Source: Wolbachia endosymbiont of Cimex lectularius (GTDB taxonomy: Bacteria > Pseudomonadota > Alphaproteobacteria > Rickettsiales > Anaplasmataceae). From it: a stretch of DNA of 32,000 nucleotides. A program made the translations under genes and the position numbers. The notes below the pieces were generated by a model. The model did no database searches. It was given only the letters and a program-made list of their open reading frames with translations, and was not told where the DNA came from. The stretch is from contig NZ_AP013028.1 in the NCBI RefSeq assembly GCF_000829315.1, positions 840,001 to 872,000 of the forward strand, read 5' to 3'. Below are positions 1 to 9,361 of this stretch, one piece after another (the stretch's first letter is position 1; each line of letters starts with the position of its first letter).

Positions 1-55
1 TGCAGCACATTCTTTTTGGACAAAAGCTACATTATCATAAGACGAGCTTGCTCTG

Positions 56-709
56 TTAAAATTGTCCTGTATGTATCTCTTTTGTAATTCCATTACAAAA
101 ACTTATAATTTGCTCGTACACAAAATGATATTCACATAACCCTAGACTATGGTAACCTCTGCTATGCATAACAACTTTAACATCTTTATTGAAGTTATCA
201 TAGATAAGTTCCTGGGGTACAATTGTATCATTTGTTGCACCTAATATTAATAGTGGTATGTGTGGTAGCTGATGTACTGTGGTGAGTAGCTCTAAATCTT
301 GCATTAGTTTTGCTTTATTCAACCGATTGAAAGAGTTGTAGTTTAAGCCGCATCTTTTATGGAAGGACATCAGGGTATCTACTGGATCCATTTGAAAGTG
401 CTGTATCATTGCTTTTAGCTCTAACTTGCGTTTTTTGTGTAACCATAAATCAAATCCCAAAAAATTGATAAAAGCTTGTATACCGATAAGTGCGTTAAAT
501 TTTACATTCAAGGAAGCTAGTTTTATCAGTCCAAGGGAATGTCCAATACCAATAAATGTACTATCTTCTGGTAAGTTCAAATTTTCTTCTCCAAAGTAAC
601 CAAGATCTAAACAATGGCAGGGAACTTGAGAGAAATATTTATTTATGAGAGGTTGAAAAAACTTATAATCAAACCCCCAACCGTGACAAAACACAAAGCG
701 ATAGTTCAT
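56..709 (-). CDS. bioH: BioH-like alpha/beta hydrolase (pimeloyl-ACP methyl ester esterase)
   Basis: 217-aa ORF with a GHSLG nucleophile elbow (GxSxG) and later Asp (ATNDTIV) and His (GYHSLG) candidates for the triad. Its ATG overlaps the bioF stop (ATGA at 706-709). Its position after bioF matches the bioF-bioH-bioC order of endosymbiont biotin operons. Confidence 0.7.
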   Translation of the reverse strand: MNYRFVFCHGWGFDYKFFQPLINKYFSQVPCHCLDLGYFGEENLNLPEDSTFIGIGHSLGLIKLASLNVKFNALIGIQAFINFLGFDLWLHKKRKLELKAMIQHFQMDPVDTLMSFHKRCGLNYNSFNRLNKAKLMQDLELLTTVHQLPHIPLLILGATNDTIVPQELIYDNFNKDVKVVMHSRGYHSLGLCEYHFVYEQIISFCNGITKEIHTGQF

Positions 710-1899
710 ATTTGCTGAAGAGCATGCACTAAATGGTTTAGGTTGTTTTCAGTGTGATTCACATTGAGTGCAATGCGCAATCTTGACGTTCCAGGCGAAA
801 CAGTAGGTGGGCGTATAGCAGAAACAACCAACCCTTGTTTCAAAAGCTTTTCTTTTGCACTCATTACAATATTTTCATCACCTAGAATTATTGGTATAAT
901 GTGTGTGACTGAATCACCTGTATTAAATCCAAGATTTTGCAAATTATTTCTTAAACTTGCAGCTTTAAAAGATAAAGCCTGGCGTTGATCAGCAAGATGT
1001 TGCACTAAATCCCAAGCCTTGGCTGCTGCACCAATTACCATTGGAGAAAGAGAGGTTGAATAGATAAACCCTGGACATTTGTTGATTAGGTAATTCTTTA
1101 TAACATTAGAACAAGCAACATACGCGCCAAAGCACCCTAGGGCTTTACTAAAAGTGCCTAAGATTAAATGTGGAATTTCCTGAAGATTAATGCTGGTAGA
1201 TAAGCCATACCCATTGTGACCAATAATACCTGTTGCATGAGCTTCATCTAAATATAGAAAAGCTTCATGTTCTTTGCTCAGAGCAAAAATTTTTTCTATT
1301 GGTGCGATGTCTCCGTCCATACCAAAGATTGTTTCAGTAACAATGAACTTTGGTCTTAAGTCATTTTTGAATTTTGTAAGTAAATTGCTTAAGTGATCTG
1401 CATCATTGTGTTGATATCGTACAAGTTCAGCGTTGCTCAAAAATACAGCTTGATATAAGCTTGCATGATTTAACTTATCAAAAAAAACAATAGGTTTGTT
1501 ACCAAGCACTGATTGATCGAGTAGGCTTGCAAGAACCGTTACATTGGCCTGAAAACCTGAATTGAAAATAAGAACTGACTCAGTTCCTTTGTCTTGGGCA
1601 ATTCTCTTCTCAAGGTCTTCAAATATTTTTTTATTACCTGAGAGCAACCGAGAACCAGTGGATCCTACTCCAAACTGTGCTCCAGAGAGCTTTGCTGCAT
1701 CAAACAGTGCTTCCGACTGACTTAGACCAAGATAATCGTTGGTAGAAAAGTCAATGAAGCTCCCCAAGATAGCTTTCGGCAACTGTCGATATTTTCCTTT
1801 ACTTTGTAGTATATTACAGTATTTATTATATAACAATCTATTTACCAAGAAGGAGCTTAGATCATGACAGAAGAATGGACTTTTGCCAAGGCAGACCAA
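706..1899 (-). CDS. bioF: 8-amino-7-oxononanoate synthase
   Basis: The ORF carries the class II aminotransferase pattern: [11 protein letters not shown], a DEAH motif and the PLP-lysine motif GTFSKALG. The start is uncertain. TTG at 1899 overlaps bioB by 36 nt; the alternative TTG at 1848 leaves only a 15-bp gap. Confidence 0.85.
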   Translation of the reverse strand: MVCLGKSPFFCHDLSSFLVNRLLYNKYCNILQSKGKYRQLPKAILGSFIDFSTNDYLGLSQSEALFDAAKLSGAQFGVGSTGSRLLSGNKKIFEDLEKRIAQDKGTESVLIFNSGFQANVTVLASLLDQSVLGNKPIVFFDKLNHASLYQAVFLSNAELVRYQHNDADHLSNLLTKFKNDLRPKFIVTETIFGMDGDIAPIEKIFALSKEHEAFLYLDEAHATGIIGHNGYGLSTSINLQEIPHLILGTFSKALGCFGAYVACSNVIKNYLINKCPGFIYSTSLSPMVIGAAAKAWDLVQHLADQRQALSFKAASLRNNLQNLGFNTGDSVTHIIPIILGDENIVMSAKEKLLKQGLVVSAIRPPTVSPGTSRLRIALNVNHTENNLNHLVHALQQI

Positions 1900-2817
1900 A
1901 TCTTTAATTTTCCGTTTCCTGAGCTAATTTATATAGCACAAACAGAACATAGAAAGCAGTTTAATCCTAGTGAAGTGCAAATTAGTACGCTTTTGAGTAT
2001 TAAAACAGGTAGCTGCCCGGAAAATTGTTCCTACTGTCCCCAATCAGCACACTATAACACTGGTTTGCAAAAAAAGCCTTTGTTAGAAATTGCCGAGGTA
2101 ATTGAAGCGGCAAAATGTGCAAAAGAGGCTGGAAGTACTCGTTTCTGTATGGGAGCAGCTTGGCGTGGTCCACGTGATCAAGATTTAAAAGTTGTTTGCG
2201 AAATGATTAGGGAAGTGAAGAAGTTGGGTCTTGAAACGTGTGTGACTCTTGGGTTGTTAAAAGATCATCAAGCTAATATGCTAAAGGAAGCCGGCTTAGA
2301 TTTTTATAACCATAATATTGACACATCCGAAGAATATTATAATAAGGTCATAACTACACGTACTTTTCAGGATCGCTTGGAGACATTGGAATGCGTACGC
2401 GCATCTGGCATTAAGGTCTGTTGTGGCGGCATTCTTGGCATGGGTGAGACTAATGAAGATCGAATAAAAATGTTAGTTCTTCTTGCGAATTTGAATGATC
2501 CTCCAGAATCAGTACCAATTAATACGCTGATAAAAATTCCCGGAACTCCTCTTGAGAATGTGGCTGATGTTGATCCGTTTGATTTTGTTCGTACTATTGC
2601 AATAGCCAGAATTATCATGCCAAAGTCCTACATCCGCTTATCAGCTGGGCGAGAGAAAATGTCGGATGAACTGCAAGCATTATGTTTCCTCGCTGGCGCC
2701 AATTCGATTTTTTACGGTGAAAAACTACTTACAGCTCAAAATCCAATACCTGAACAAGACAATCATTTATTCCAAAGGTTGGGATTGCAAAAACTGGCTC
2801 TACTCAGAGAAAATTGA
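1864..2817 (+). CDS. bioB: biotin synthase (radical SAM)
   Basis: 317-aa ORF with [21 protein letters not shown] (radical-SAM CxxxCxxC) that is colinear with E. coli BioB as recalled. An AAGGAG Shine-Dalgarno sits 7 nt upstream of the ATG. Confidence 0.95.
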   Translation: MTEEWTFAKADQIFNFPFPELIYIAQTEHRKQFNPSEVQISTLLSIKTGSCPENCSYCPQSAHYNTGLQKKPLLEIAEVIEAAKCAKEAGSTRFCMGAAWRGPRDQDLKVVCEMIREVKKLGLETCVTLGLLKDHQANMLKEAGLDFYNHNIDTSEEYYNKVITTRTFQDRLETLECVRASGIKVCCGGILGMGETNEDRIKMLVLLANLNDPPESVPINTLIKIPGTPLENVADVDPFDFVRTIAIARIIMPKSYIRLSAGREKMSDELQALCFLAGANSIFYGEKLLTAQNPIPEQDNHLFQRLGLQKLALLREN

Positions 2818-2826
2818 GAATACTTT

Positions 2827-2873
2827 TTGCAAATAGAATGATTCTAATAATAAAAAGCTCATTCTATTTGCAA
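2827..2873 (+). terminator. 15-bp perfect hairpin just downstream of bioB
   Basis: TTGCAAATAGAATGA (2827-2841) pairs with TCATTCTATTTGCAA (2859-2873) around a 17-nt loop, starting 10 nt after the bioB stop. There is no strong T-tract, so terminator function is uncertain. Confidence 0.45.
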
Positions 2874-3084
2874 TATAAAATTGTCATGGATTCTCCATTG
2901 TTCCCAAATGAATTAATGAAATTGAGCATCAGTGGTTTACTATAAAAAATAGAGCTAGGAAAAATATCCCTATTTTTAGCTCTTTTCGTCAAGCTGTCGA
3001 TTCTGCGTTCCTTGCGATGTTAAAGCTGATCAAATAAGTAGTGTTGATAAAGTATGTGCTGCCAAGGGAGGTGATGCTGGGTTC

Positions 3085-3258
3085 ACTGCCATTAAGTTAA
3101 GGAAAGAGGAGTTAAGATTAGACAAAAAAACTTGAAGTGATTGGGTAATTATGATGAATTTTTAGGCAAATAAAATCCAAGAGATTTGAAAAAATAACAA
3201 TTGTAGACTGTTTGGGACGAAAGACGTAGCACTCAACTTTTCTTAACTTAATGGCAGT
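3085..3258. repeat. 17-bp inverted repeat pair enclosing about 140 bp (possible miniature element or island-boundary remnant)
   Basis: ACTGCCATTAAGTTAAG at 3085-3101 is the exact reverse complement of 3242-3258. It lies in the 490-bp non-coding gap between bioB and purK. Confidence 0.4.
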
Positions 3259-3306
3259 AAGGGCTACTTGGATGACACCCTTGTGTTTATTGCAAAATTA
3301 TGGCGT

Positions 3307-4380
3307 CTAACTCAAATCTATATTGACATGTCCCATTTTACGCTTATCCCTGACCTCTTTCTTTCCGTATATGGTCAAACTGGCTTTTCTGTCGCTCAAA
3401 TACTTGTGGAAATCATATATATCACTACCTATTATGTTCTTCGTCATGCAAGGAAAGCGTAACGCTACTTCCTGCATAGGTAACCCGCATATTACCCTAA
3501 CCAATTGCTCAAACTGACTAACGCTACATGCATCCAAACTCCAGTGGCAGGAATTGTGAGGTCTTGGAGCTAGTTCGTTAACTAGCAGCTCATTATTTTT
3601 AGTAATGAAAAATTCAATAGCAAGGATTCCTACTACATCAAGCGCACCTGCTATCTTCTCTGCGGTTTGTTGTACCTCTTGAGCTAATTTACCATCTATT
3701 TTGGCCGGCACTGTTGAAGTATCAAGTATTCCATCAACGTGGTGATTTTCTGCTATAGGAAAAAAAGTTACTTTACCGTTTTTATCTCTTGCAATAATTA
3801 TTGAAACCTCTTTTAGTAAATCAACACCTGCTTCGAGGATATACTTTGTGTTCCAATCAAAGGAAACAAATTGTTTCGCTTCAGAATCATTCTCGATCAC
3901 ATATTGTCCTTTTCCATCGTAACCCATTTCTGTTGTTTTCAGCCTTATTGGGTAGCCAAAAGTCCTACTGCTTTCTAATAGCTCATCATAATTTTGTATA
4001 CTTTTATAATCAGCGGTTTTTATACCCAAATCTCTAATAAAGTCTTTTTCTCTCAGCCTGTTTTGTGAAATATGTAATGCTTTTTTACCCGGATAAAAAT
4101 CTGCATGCTGTGATATAATATCAACTGCGTCACAAGGAATATTTTCAGATTCAATAGTGACTAAATCCACGCTCTGTGCAAAAGATACAAGTGCCTTCTT
4201 ATCAGAAAAATCTGCTATTGTTACACTACCGGCAACAGAGCAAGCTGGATCACCCTTGGCATGGGCAAAAATATGTGTTTTTTGTCCAAGTTTTGTTGCA
4301 GCAATAGCAGTCATCTTACCTAATTGTCCGCTACCTATTATCCCTATTACTCTTTTGCCGAGCATATCTGATCCGTCCAT
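3307..4380 (-). CDS. purK: N5-carboxyaminoimidazole ribonucleotide synthase
   Basis: 357-aa ATP-grasp ORF with an N-terminal IGIIGSGQLGKM loop and a C-terminal LHxYGKxExRxxRKMGHV-type motif (TIYGKKEVRDKRKMGHVNI). Confidence 0.9.
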   Translation of the reverse strand: MDGSDMLGKRVIGIIGSGQLGKMTAIAATKLGQKTHIFAHAKGDPACSVAGSVTIADFSDKKALVSFAQSVDLVTIESENIPCDAVDIISQHADFYPGKKALHISQNRLREKDFIRDLGIKTADYKSIQNYDELLESSRTFGYPIRLKTTEMGYDGKGQYVIENDSEAKQFVSFDWNTKYILEAGVDLLKEVSIIIARDKNGKVTFFPIAENHHVDGILDTSTVPAKIDGKLAQEVQQTAEKIAGALDVVGILAIEFFITKNNELLVNELAPRPHNSCHWSLDACSVSQFEQLVRVICGLPMQEVALRFPCMTKNIIGSDIYDFHKYLSDRKASLTIYGKKEVRDKRKMGHVNIDLS

Positions 4381-4468
4381 ATTATCACTGCTAATTAGAA
4401 TACGATAACATGCTTGAAGAATCCACGAAAATAGTGTATAATTGAGTGTTGTTTTTTTAAATCATAAT

Positions 4469-4873
4469 ATGGCTCTAGAATACATACTTACTACTAACTC
4501 TGTTGAAGTTACAGTTCTACCAGTTTATATCGAGGAACAATCTATCCCTTATGAAAATTGCTATGTGTGGATATACAATGTTAAGATAAAAAATAAAAGC
4601 TCGTCAACTATTCAATTGCTGAGCCGCAATTGGCAGATAATAGATTACAAAGGGAAGGTGAATGAAATTGCAGGTGCTGGTGTTATTGGAGAGCAGCCTG
4701 TGATAAAACCTGGAGAAGTATTTAGGTACACGAGCGGGACATACTTAAACGCACCATCGGGAATAATGCAAGGTAGGTACGAATTTCTAAATGAAGAAAG
4801 CACAAAGGTCTTTGAGGTCATGATACCGCCTTTTTCTTTGGATAGTCCATACATAAACTCTAGACCGCACTAG
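4469..4873 (+). CDS. apaG: ApaG-domain protein
   Basis: ApaG/DUF525 pattern is present: [41 protein letters not shown] at 4469 is preferred over the upstream TTG at 4442. Confidence 0.85.
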   Translation: MALEYILTTNSVEVTVLPVYIEEQSIPYENCYVWIYNVKIKNKSSSTIQLLSRNWQIIDYKGKVNEIAGAGVIGEQPVIKPGEVFRYTSGTYLNAPSGIMQGRYEFLNEESTKVFEVMIPPFSLDSPYINSRPH

Positions 4874-4894
4874 ATCTAGTGAACTCATCAAAAT

Positions 4895-6493
4895 TTATTT
4901 TTTACTCCCATCGTCGAGCTTAAATAAGATCATTGTGGAGATTAAGCCGATCATAACTATCATTAACGAAAACGGGGCAGCCTCTCTGTAGCGCTCATCG
5001 CTTACAAGCTCATATATTCTAGTTGATATAGTTTCAAAATTAAATGGCCTGATAATGAGTGTTGCCGTGAGTTCCTTGATAGTATCCATAAACACGAGCA
5101 AAAACCCCGACAGTATACTTTTCCTGATGAGAGGAATATGAACATTCAGACACGTGGAAATAGGTCCATGACCCATAGTATACGCGGTCCACTCAATTTC
5201 ATTTGGTGTTTTTTTGAGCCCTGATTCTATTGCTTTAAAAGATATAGCAAAAAAACGAAATAAATACGAGTAAATCAAAGCACCAACAGTTCCTACTAGG
5301 CTCACTTCCACTATATATTGAGTAACAAAGGAAGATATCTTGCTTAAAAATATTATTATACTAATTGCAATAATCGCATTTGGAATTGCGTAGCCTAAGG
5401 AAATAAGACGTGCTACACTACTGATTGCCCTATTTTTACGCGCCGCATATCCAATCATTATTGCAATGCTAATTGAGATTAGCGCAGTAACAAATGATAA
5501 ACTAAAGCTATTTGCTATTATGCTATAGAATCTTGCCTCATATATGAAAAACCCCTTCTCTATACTCCAATATATCAGTGGAATAACTGGTAAAGCAAAA
5601 CCTATTAATATTGGCAATACACACATGATATAAGCAAAGATCAATGGCACAGTACCATTTATACTGCGCTTGTTGTGGTAGTCTGAATTAGTACTGATTG
5701 CAGAATAGGAGATCCCCCTTTTTTGCAGGATTTTTTCAATAGTTATTAGTGTTGCAATGAAGATCAATTCTGCAACTGCTAAAACAGTAGCTGAATATTT
5801 ATCATGCAGCAAAAACCAGGTGCGATATACTCCTGTTGTAAAAGTATCAATTGCAAGAAACTGTGGTGTACCAAAATCCGTAATTACTTCCATTAGCACC
5901 AAGGATAATCCAGCTATAATTGATGGACGTATAGAGGGTATTATGACAGAAAATAAGCTCTGCAGTGAGGAGAACCCAAGTGTCGATGCAATAGTAACTG
6001 AGTTGCTAACGTTCCTTAGACTTGAGCGGACCAATATGTAAACGTATGGATATAAACTGAATCCCATCACTAATATTCCACCACCTAAAGATTTGATCTC
6101 GGGAAACCAATAATCGCCTTTGCTCCACTCTAAAATTTCTCTTAACAAACTCTGAATCGGACCTGAAAACTCTAGCGTGTTTACATAGACAAACGCTACT
6201 ATATACCCAGGAATCGATAACGGAAAAAACAAAGCAATCTCAAAAATTCTACTCCCAGGAAATGAAAAAAATGTGGTGAGCCACGCTGGTATCACTCCAA
6301 ATATAAAAGATATACTTCCAACCCCTATCATCAAGATTAACGTATTCAGTATGTATTCAGGAAAAAGTGTACTGATTACCCACCCAGAATCTACCGATTT
6401 TGTAAATAGAATCGATATTAACGATAATATAGGACAAATAAATAATATACTTATTAGAAATAAGAATATATTTTTAAATATTCTTAAAAGCAT
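4895..6493 (-). CDS. iron(III) ABC transporter permease (FbpB-like, two fused permease domains)
   Basis: 532-aa polytopic membrane ORF. Its length and duplicated architecture are typical of fused two-domain iron ABC permeases. Confidence 0.75.
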   Translation of the reverse strand: MLLRIFKNIFLFLISILFICPILSLISILFTKSVDSGWVISTLFPEYILNTLILMIGVGSISFIFGVIPAWLTTFFSFPGSRIFEIALFFPLSIPGYIVAFVYVNTLEFSGPIQSLLREILEWSKGDYWFPEIKSLGGGILVMGFSLYPYVYILVRSSLRNVSNSVTIASTLGFSSLQSLFSVIIPSIRPSIIAGLSLVLMEVITDFGTPQFLAIDTFTTGVYRTWFLLHDKYSATVLAVAELIFIATLITIEKILQKRGISYSAISTNSDYHNKRSINGTVPLIFAYIMCVLPILIGFALPVIPLIYWSIEKGFFIYEARFYSIIANSFSLSFVTALISISIAIMIGYAARKNRAISSVARLISLGYAIPNAIIAISIIIFLSKISSFVTQYIVEVSLVGTVGALIYSYLFRFFAISFKAIESGLKKTPNEIEWTAYTMGHGPISTCLNVHIPLIRKSILSGFLLVFMDTIKELTATLIIRPFNFETISTRIYELVSDERYREAAPFSLMIVMIGLISTMILFKLDDGSKK

Positions 6494-6614
6494 TAAATTA
6501 AATCCACACTTAATATTAAAATGTTATATGCAAAAGCTGAAGATATCCAGAGCTGATCTATTGAATATCTTTATAATTTTATATATTATATTCTAAGTTG
6601 ATAAGTTAATAATC

Positions 6615-7421
6615 ATGAGCTTTGTCATAGCAACTTTCTACCATTTTGTAGAACTCTCTAACTATTATGACATGAAAGATGAAATAAAAGCTGCATGCGA
6701 TGATGTTGAGCTTAAGGGTACTATACTCCTTGCAGAGGAGGGCATCAACGCAACCATATCCGGTGGAAGAAACGCTATTGATAAAACATTTGATTTTCTA
6801 CGTTCTGATTATAGGCTGAAAGATCTTACGTGGAAAGAAAGTGCAGCAGAATATCAACCATTTAGTAAGATGAAAGTGAGGTTAAAAAGAGAAATTGTAA
6901 ATCTCGGTGTAGACAATCTCGATATTTCTCTTAGAGGCAAATATGTTGATCCAGAGTATTGGGATGATTTTATCTCTCGACCTGACGTTTTAGTAATAGA
7001 CACACGAAATGAGTACGAAGTAAAATTAGGCAAGTTTAAAAATGTAATTAATCCACACACTCAATGTTTCCGTGAGTTTCCTCAGTGGGCAAAGTCATTT
7101 TCTGAGAATAAAGACCTGAAAGTGGCTATGTACTGCACTGGTGGAATAAGATGTGAGAAATCTACAGCATACATGAAAAGCCTTGGATTTAACGATGTGT
7201 ACCATCTTAAAGGTGGTATTCTTTCTTATCTTGAAAACACTCATAATAAAAATGGTAATTGGGAAGGTGAATGTTTTGTTTTTGACGATAGAATTGCCGT
7301 TAGTAACTCACTTGCCCCAAGCGATAAAATAAAATGCATATTTTGCTCAAATCAAGTTCCAACTGGTGAACTGAAATCAGTCTCACGTGGTCAGGTGGTT
7401 TGCTCTGATTGTAAAGCTTAA
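6615..7421 (+). CDS. trhO: rhodanese-domain tRNA uridine(34) hydroxylase (YceA/TrhO, UPF0176)
   Basis: 268-aa ORF with the rhodanese active-site loop YCTGGIRCEK and a C-terminal Cys cluster (CIFCSN...CSDC). Confidence 0.8.
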   Translation: MSFVIATFYHFVELSNYYDMKDEIKAACDDVELKGTILLAEEGINATISGGRNAIDKTFDFLRSDYRLKDLTWKESAAEYQPFSKMKVRLKREIVNLGVDNLDISLRGKYVDPEYWDDFISRPDVLVIDTRNEYEVKLGKFKNVINPHTQCFREFPQWAKSFSENKDLKVAMYCTGGIRCEKSTAYMKSLGFNDVYHLKGGILSYLENTHNKNGNWEGECFVFDDRIAVSNSLAPSDKIKCIFCSNQVPTGELKSVSRGQVVCSDCKA

Positions 7422-7467
7422 CAATTAAAAACTGGATTTATCTGTACGTGTCTATTCAGCTAAGCGG

Positions 7468-8240
7468 TTAACTCGTAACTTCCTCTTTGAGTTGCGCAAT
7501 TTCAGCTCTAGAAAGACCAGTAGTTTGGGCTATGATATCAATAGAAACTCCTGCTTTAAGTAGGTTTTTGGCTACAGCTATTTTAGCCTGTTGTTCGCCT
7601 TCTGCTCTGCCTCTTTCTTCGCCGATTTGGATGCCTTCTTGTCTGCCTTTTTCAGTAGCATCATCAAGTTTTTGAGCGAGGATGCCTTCTTCTTTGCGTA
7701 GGTCCATTAATCTTTCTTCATATGCTATTAGATCTTTCTCATTCCAGCGAAACTTGTCTAACTCATCATACGCTAGCTTTATTATTGGTGATTTTTCTGC
7801 TATATTCCTTAAGTCTTCATCTGTAGTATCCTCTGCATACTTGAAAAAGAAACACCACCTTTCTATTATGCTCTCTAGTTCCTCCACTCTGTTTTTTGCG
7901 AATTTAGGCAACTCAATAAAAACAAACTGAAAATCTTTTAAGTAATGTCCATTGGTTTTTACCTCTCGTATATTATGAGTAGAAATGTACTCAACTTCCT
8001 CAGGAAATATCGCATTATCGGAAATAGCAATAAAGAATACTGTCTTTAAATCGATGTACTCGCCACCTTTCCCAACCTGCCTTGAATAAGCTTTAGCTGC
8101 ATATAGATGAGCGCGTTTTTCGAAGCCTTTATCGCGAGCAAGCTGCATCTCAATCACGTACCTAAGCCCTCTAGAATCCTTGCAAAGAACGTCAACGATA
8201 CTCTGTTTATCGAAGGCAATTTCAGGATCCATATAGGTGC
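7468..8240 (-). pseudogene. Rpn-family recombination-promoting nuclease (PD-(D/E)XK, transposase_31), C-terminal part cut off by an IS
   Basis: Contains D..VIEMQ nuclease-core motifs and the typical C-terminal EGxxxG/KLLxxGxSxxxIAxxTGLS tail. Its upstream continuation is found at 9107-9254, on the other side of IS copy 1. Confidence 0.8.
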
Positions 8241-8243
8241 TAA

Positions 8244-9103
8244 GAACCTGTTTAAAATCTTCGTAACAGGAGAGAAATGAAGGAGAGGACTATCATCTGT
8301 AAGCTAGTGTTGAGCTTCCGCTCGCAATTTTTCCACAATCGCCTGCACTTTTCTAACCAGGCAAAAGAGCGTTCAACAACCCATCTTTTTGGCAATACGA
8401 CGAAAGTGTGTAACTCACTTCGCTTTATTACTTCAACAGTCGCACCAATGATAGCTTTTATTTGTGTTGCAAAATTTTCTCCTGTGTAGCCAGCATCAAC
8501 CAGTATGTTTTTAACTTCAGAGAGGTTTGCTTTAGCATTTTCGACCATTTTCACAGCACTGCTACGGTCAGTTGCTTCTGCCGTTGTTACATAAATTGCA
8601 TGTGGCAAACCTTGTGTATCAACTGCAATATGGCGCTTTATCCCTGAAATCTTTTTACCTGCATCATAGCCTTTTTTTTCAGCAGTATCTGCGTTTTTAA
8701 CGCTTTGAGAATCAATTATACAAAAGCTAGTTTTCTCTTTCCGACCATTGCTGATACGGACCTCTCCAACTAATTTTTTTTAAGACTAATTCCAACAAGC
8801 TTGGCTCTTCTCCATTCTTTTTACTCCACACTCGAAAATAGTAATATACGCTTTCCCATCTTGGAAAACCCTTTGGTAACATCCTCCACTGACAACCACT
8901 TTTTAAGACGTACAACACCCCACAAAATACGTCATACAAATCAAGTTTTCTTGGTTTTGTTTTCTGCTTGCTACTCTCCAAAATTGGCCTGATTTTTTCA
9001 AACTGCTCTTGACTTATATTACTTGGATAACTTTTCTGCATAGACACCTCATTATTAATCTATGCTTACTTTACCTCACATTTCCAAGATTTTAAACAGG
9101 TTC
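8244..9103 (-). mobile_element. IS5-family insertion sequence, copy 1 (860 bp)
   Basis: 18-bp perfect terminal inverted repeats GAACCTGTTTAAAATCTT, flanked by TAA at 8241-8243 and 9104-9106 (3-bp TSD). The translated ORFs are identical to those of copy 2. Confidence 0.95.
8252..9047 (-). CDS. IS5-family DDE transposase (orfA-orfB joined by a -1 frameshift on an A8 tract)
   Basis: The 106-aa orfA has an HTH/DUF4096-like sequence (YVLKSGCQWRMLP). Slipping back one nt on TTAAAAAAAATT continues as [31 protein letters not shown], which supplies the D, D and E residues. Confidence 0.9.
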
Positions 9104-9106
9104 TAA

Positions 9107-9254
9107 GAAACTCAACTTCTTGTATAGTATCTATTCCAGTAAATCCTAAGATATCATTGAAAAAATGGATAAGAATGTTCTTGTTTTTCTCAGTGCCAAA
9201 GATTTTCTTGAAGGTTAAGTCCAATTTTGGATTGAGAAATTTTGATAAAGCCAT
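9107..9254 (-). pseudogene. Rpn-family nuclease, N-terminal part
   Basis: Reads MALSKFLNPKLDLTFKKIFG...IQEVEFL. Removing the IS and one TSD copy joins it in frame to ...STYMDPEIAFDK at 8240. Confidence 0.8.
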
Positions 9255-9361
9255 GAGAAATTTACTTAAAAAGTATTAAAAATTATACACAATTCTGTAG
9301 AAATATTCAATCTTTTTGTTTTGGATGTATTGGCCTACGAACCCAAGCCTCATCTTGCATT

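Noticed and set aside
764-988. 74-aa plus-strand ORF inside bioF. Similar shadow ORFs lie at 2367-2618, 3268-3517, 3801-4408, 4645-4854, 5757-6041, 6273-6596, 6854-7060, 7487-7930 and 24022-24431, 24770-24952, 25315-25578, 28453-28818, 29254-29523.
   Set aside because: All lie antisense to, or out of frame within, confidently identified genes. They have low-complexity or Cys/Ser-rich translations and no SD or start context.
1805-1850. TTGTAG...TTATTATATAACAA upstream of bioB, considered as a BirA or BioR operator.
   Set aside because: It is only a weak, imperfect inverted repeat in very AT-rich sequence that lies inside the bioF 5' coding region, so it cannot be distinguished from chance.
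8277-8647. Antisense ORFs inside each IS copy (70 aa, 61 aa, 63 aa), repeated at all four copies.
   Set aside because: They are conserved only because the IS copies are near-identical, lie opposite the transposase frames, and have Cys/Phe-rich nonsense-like sequence.
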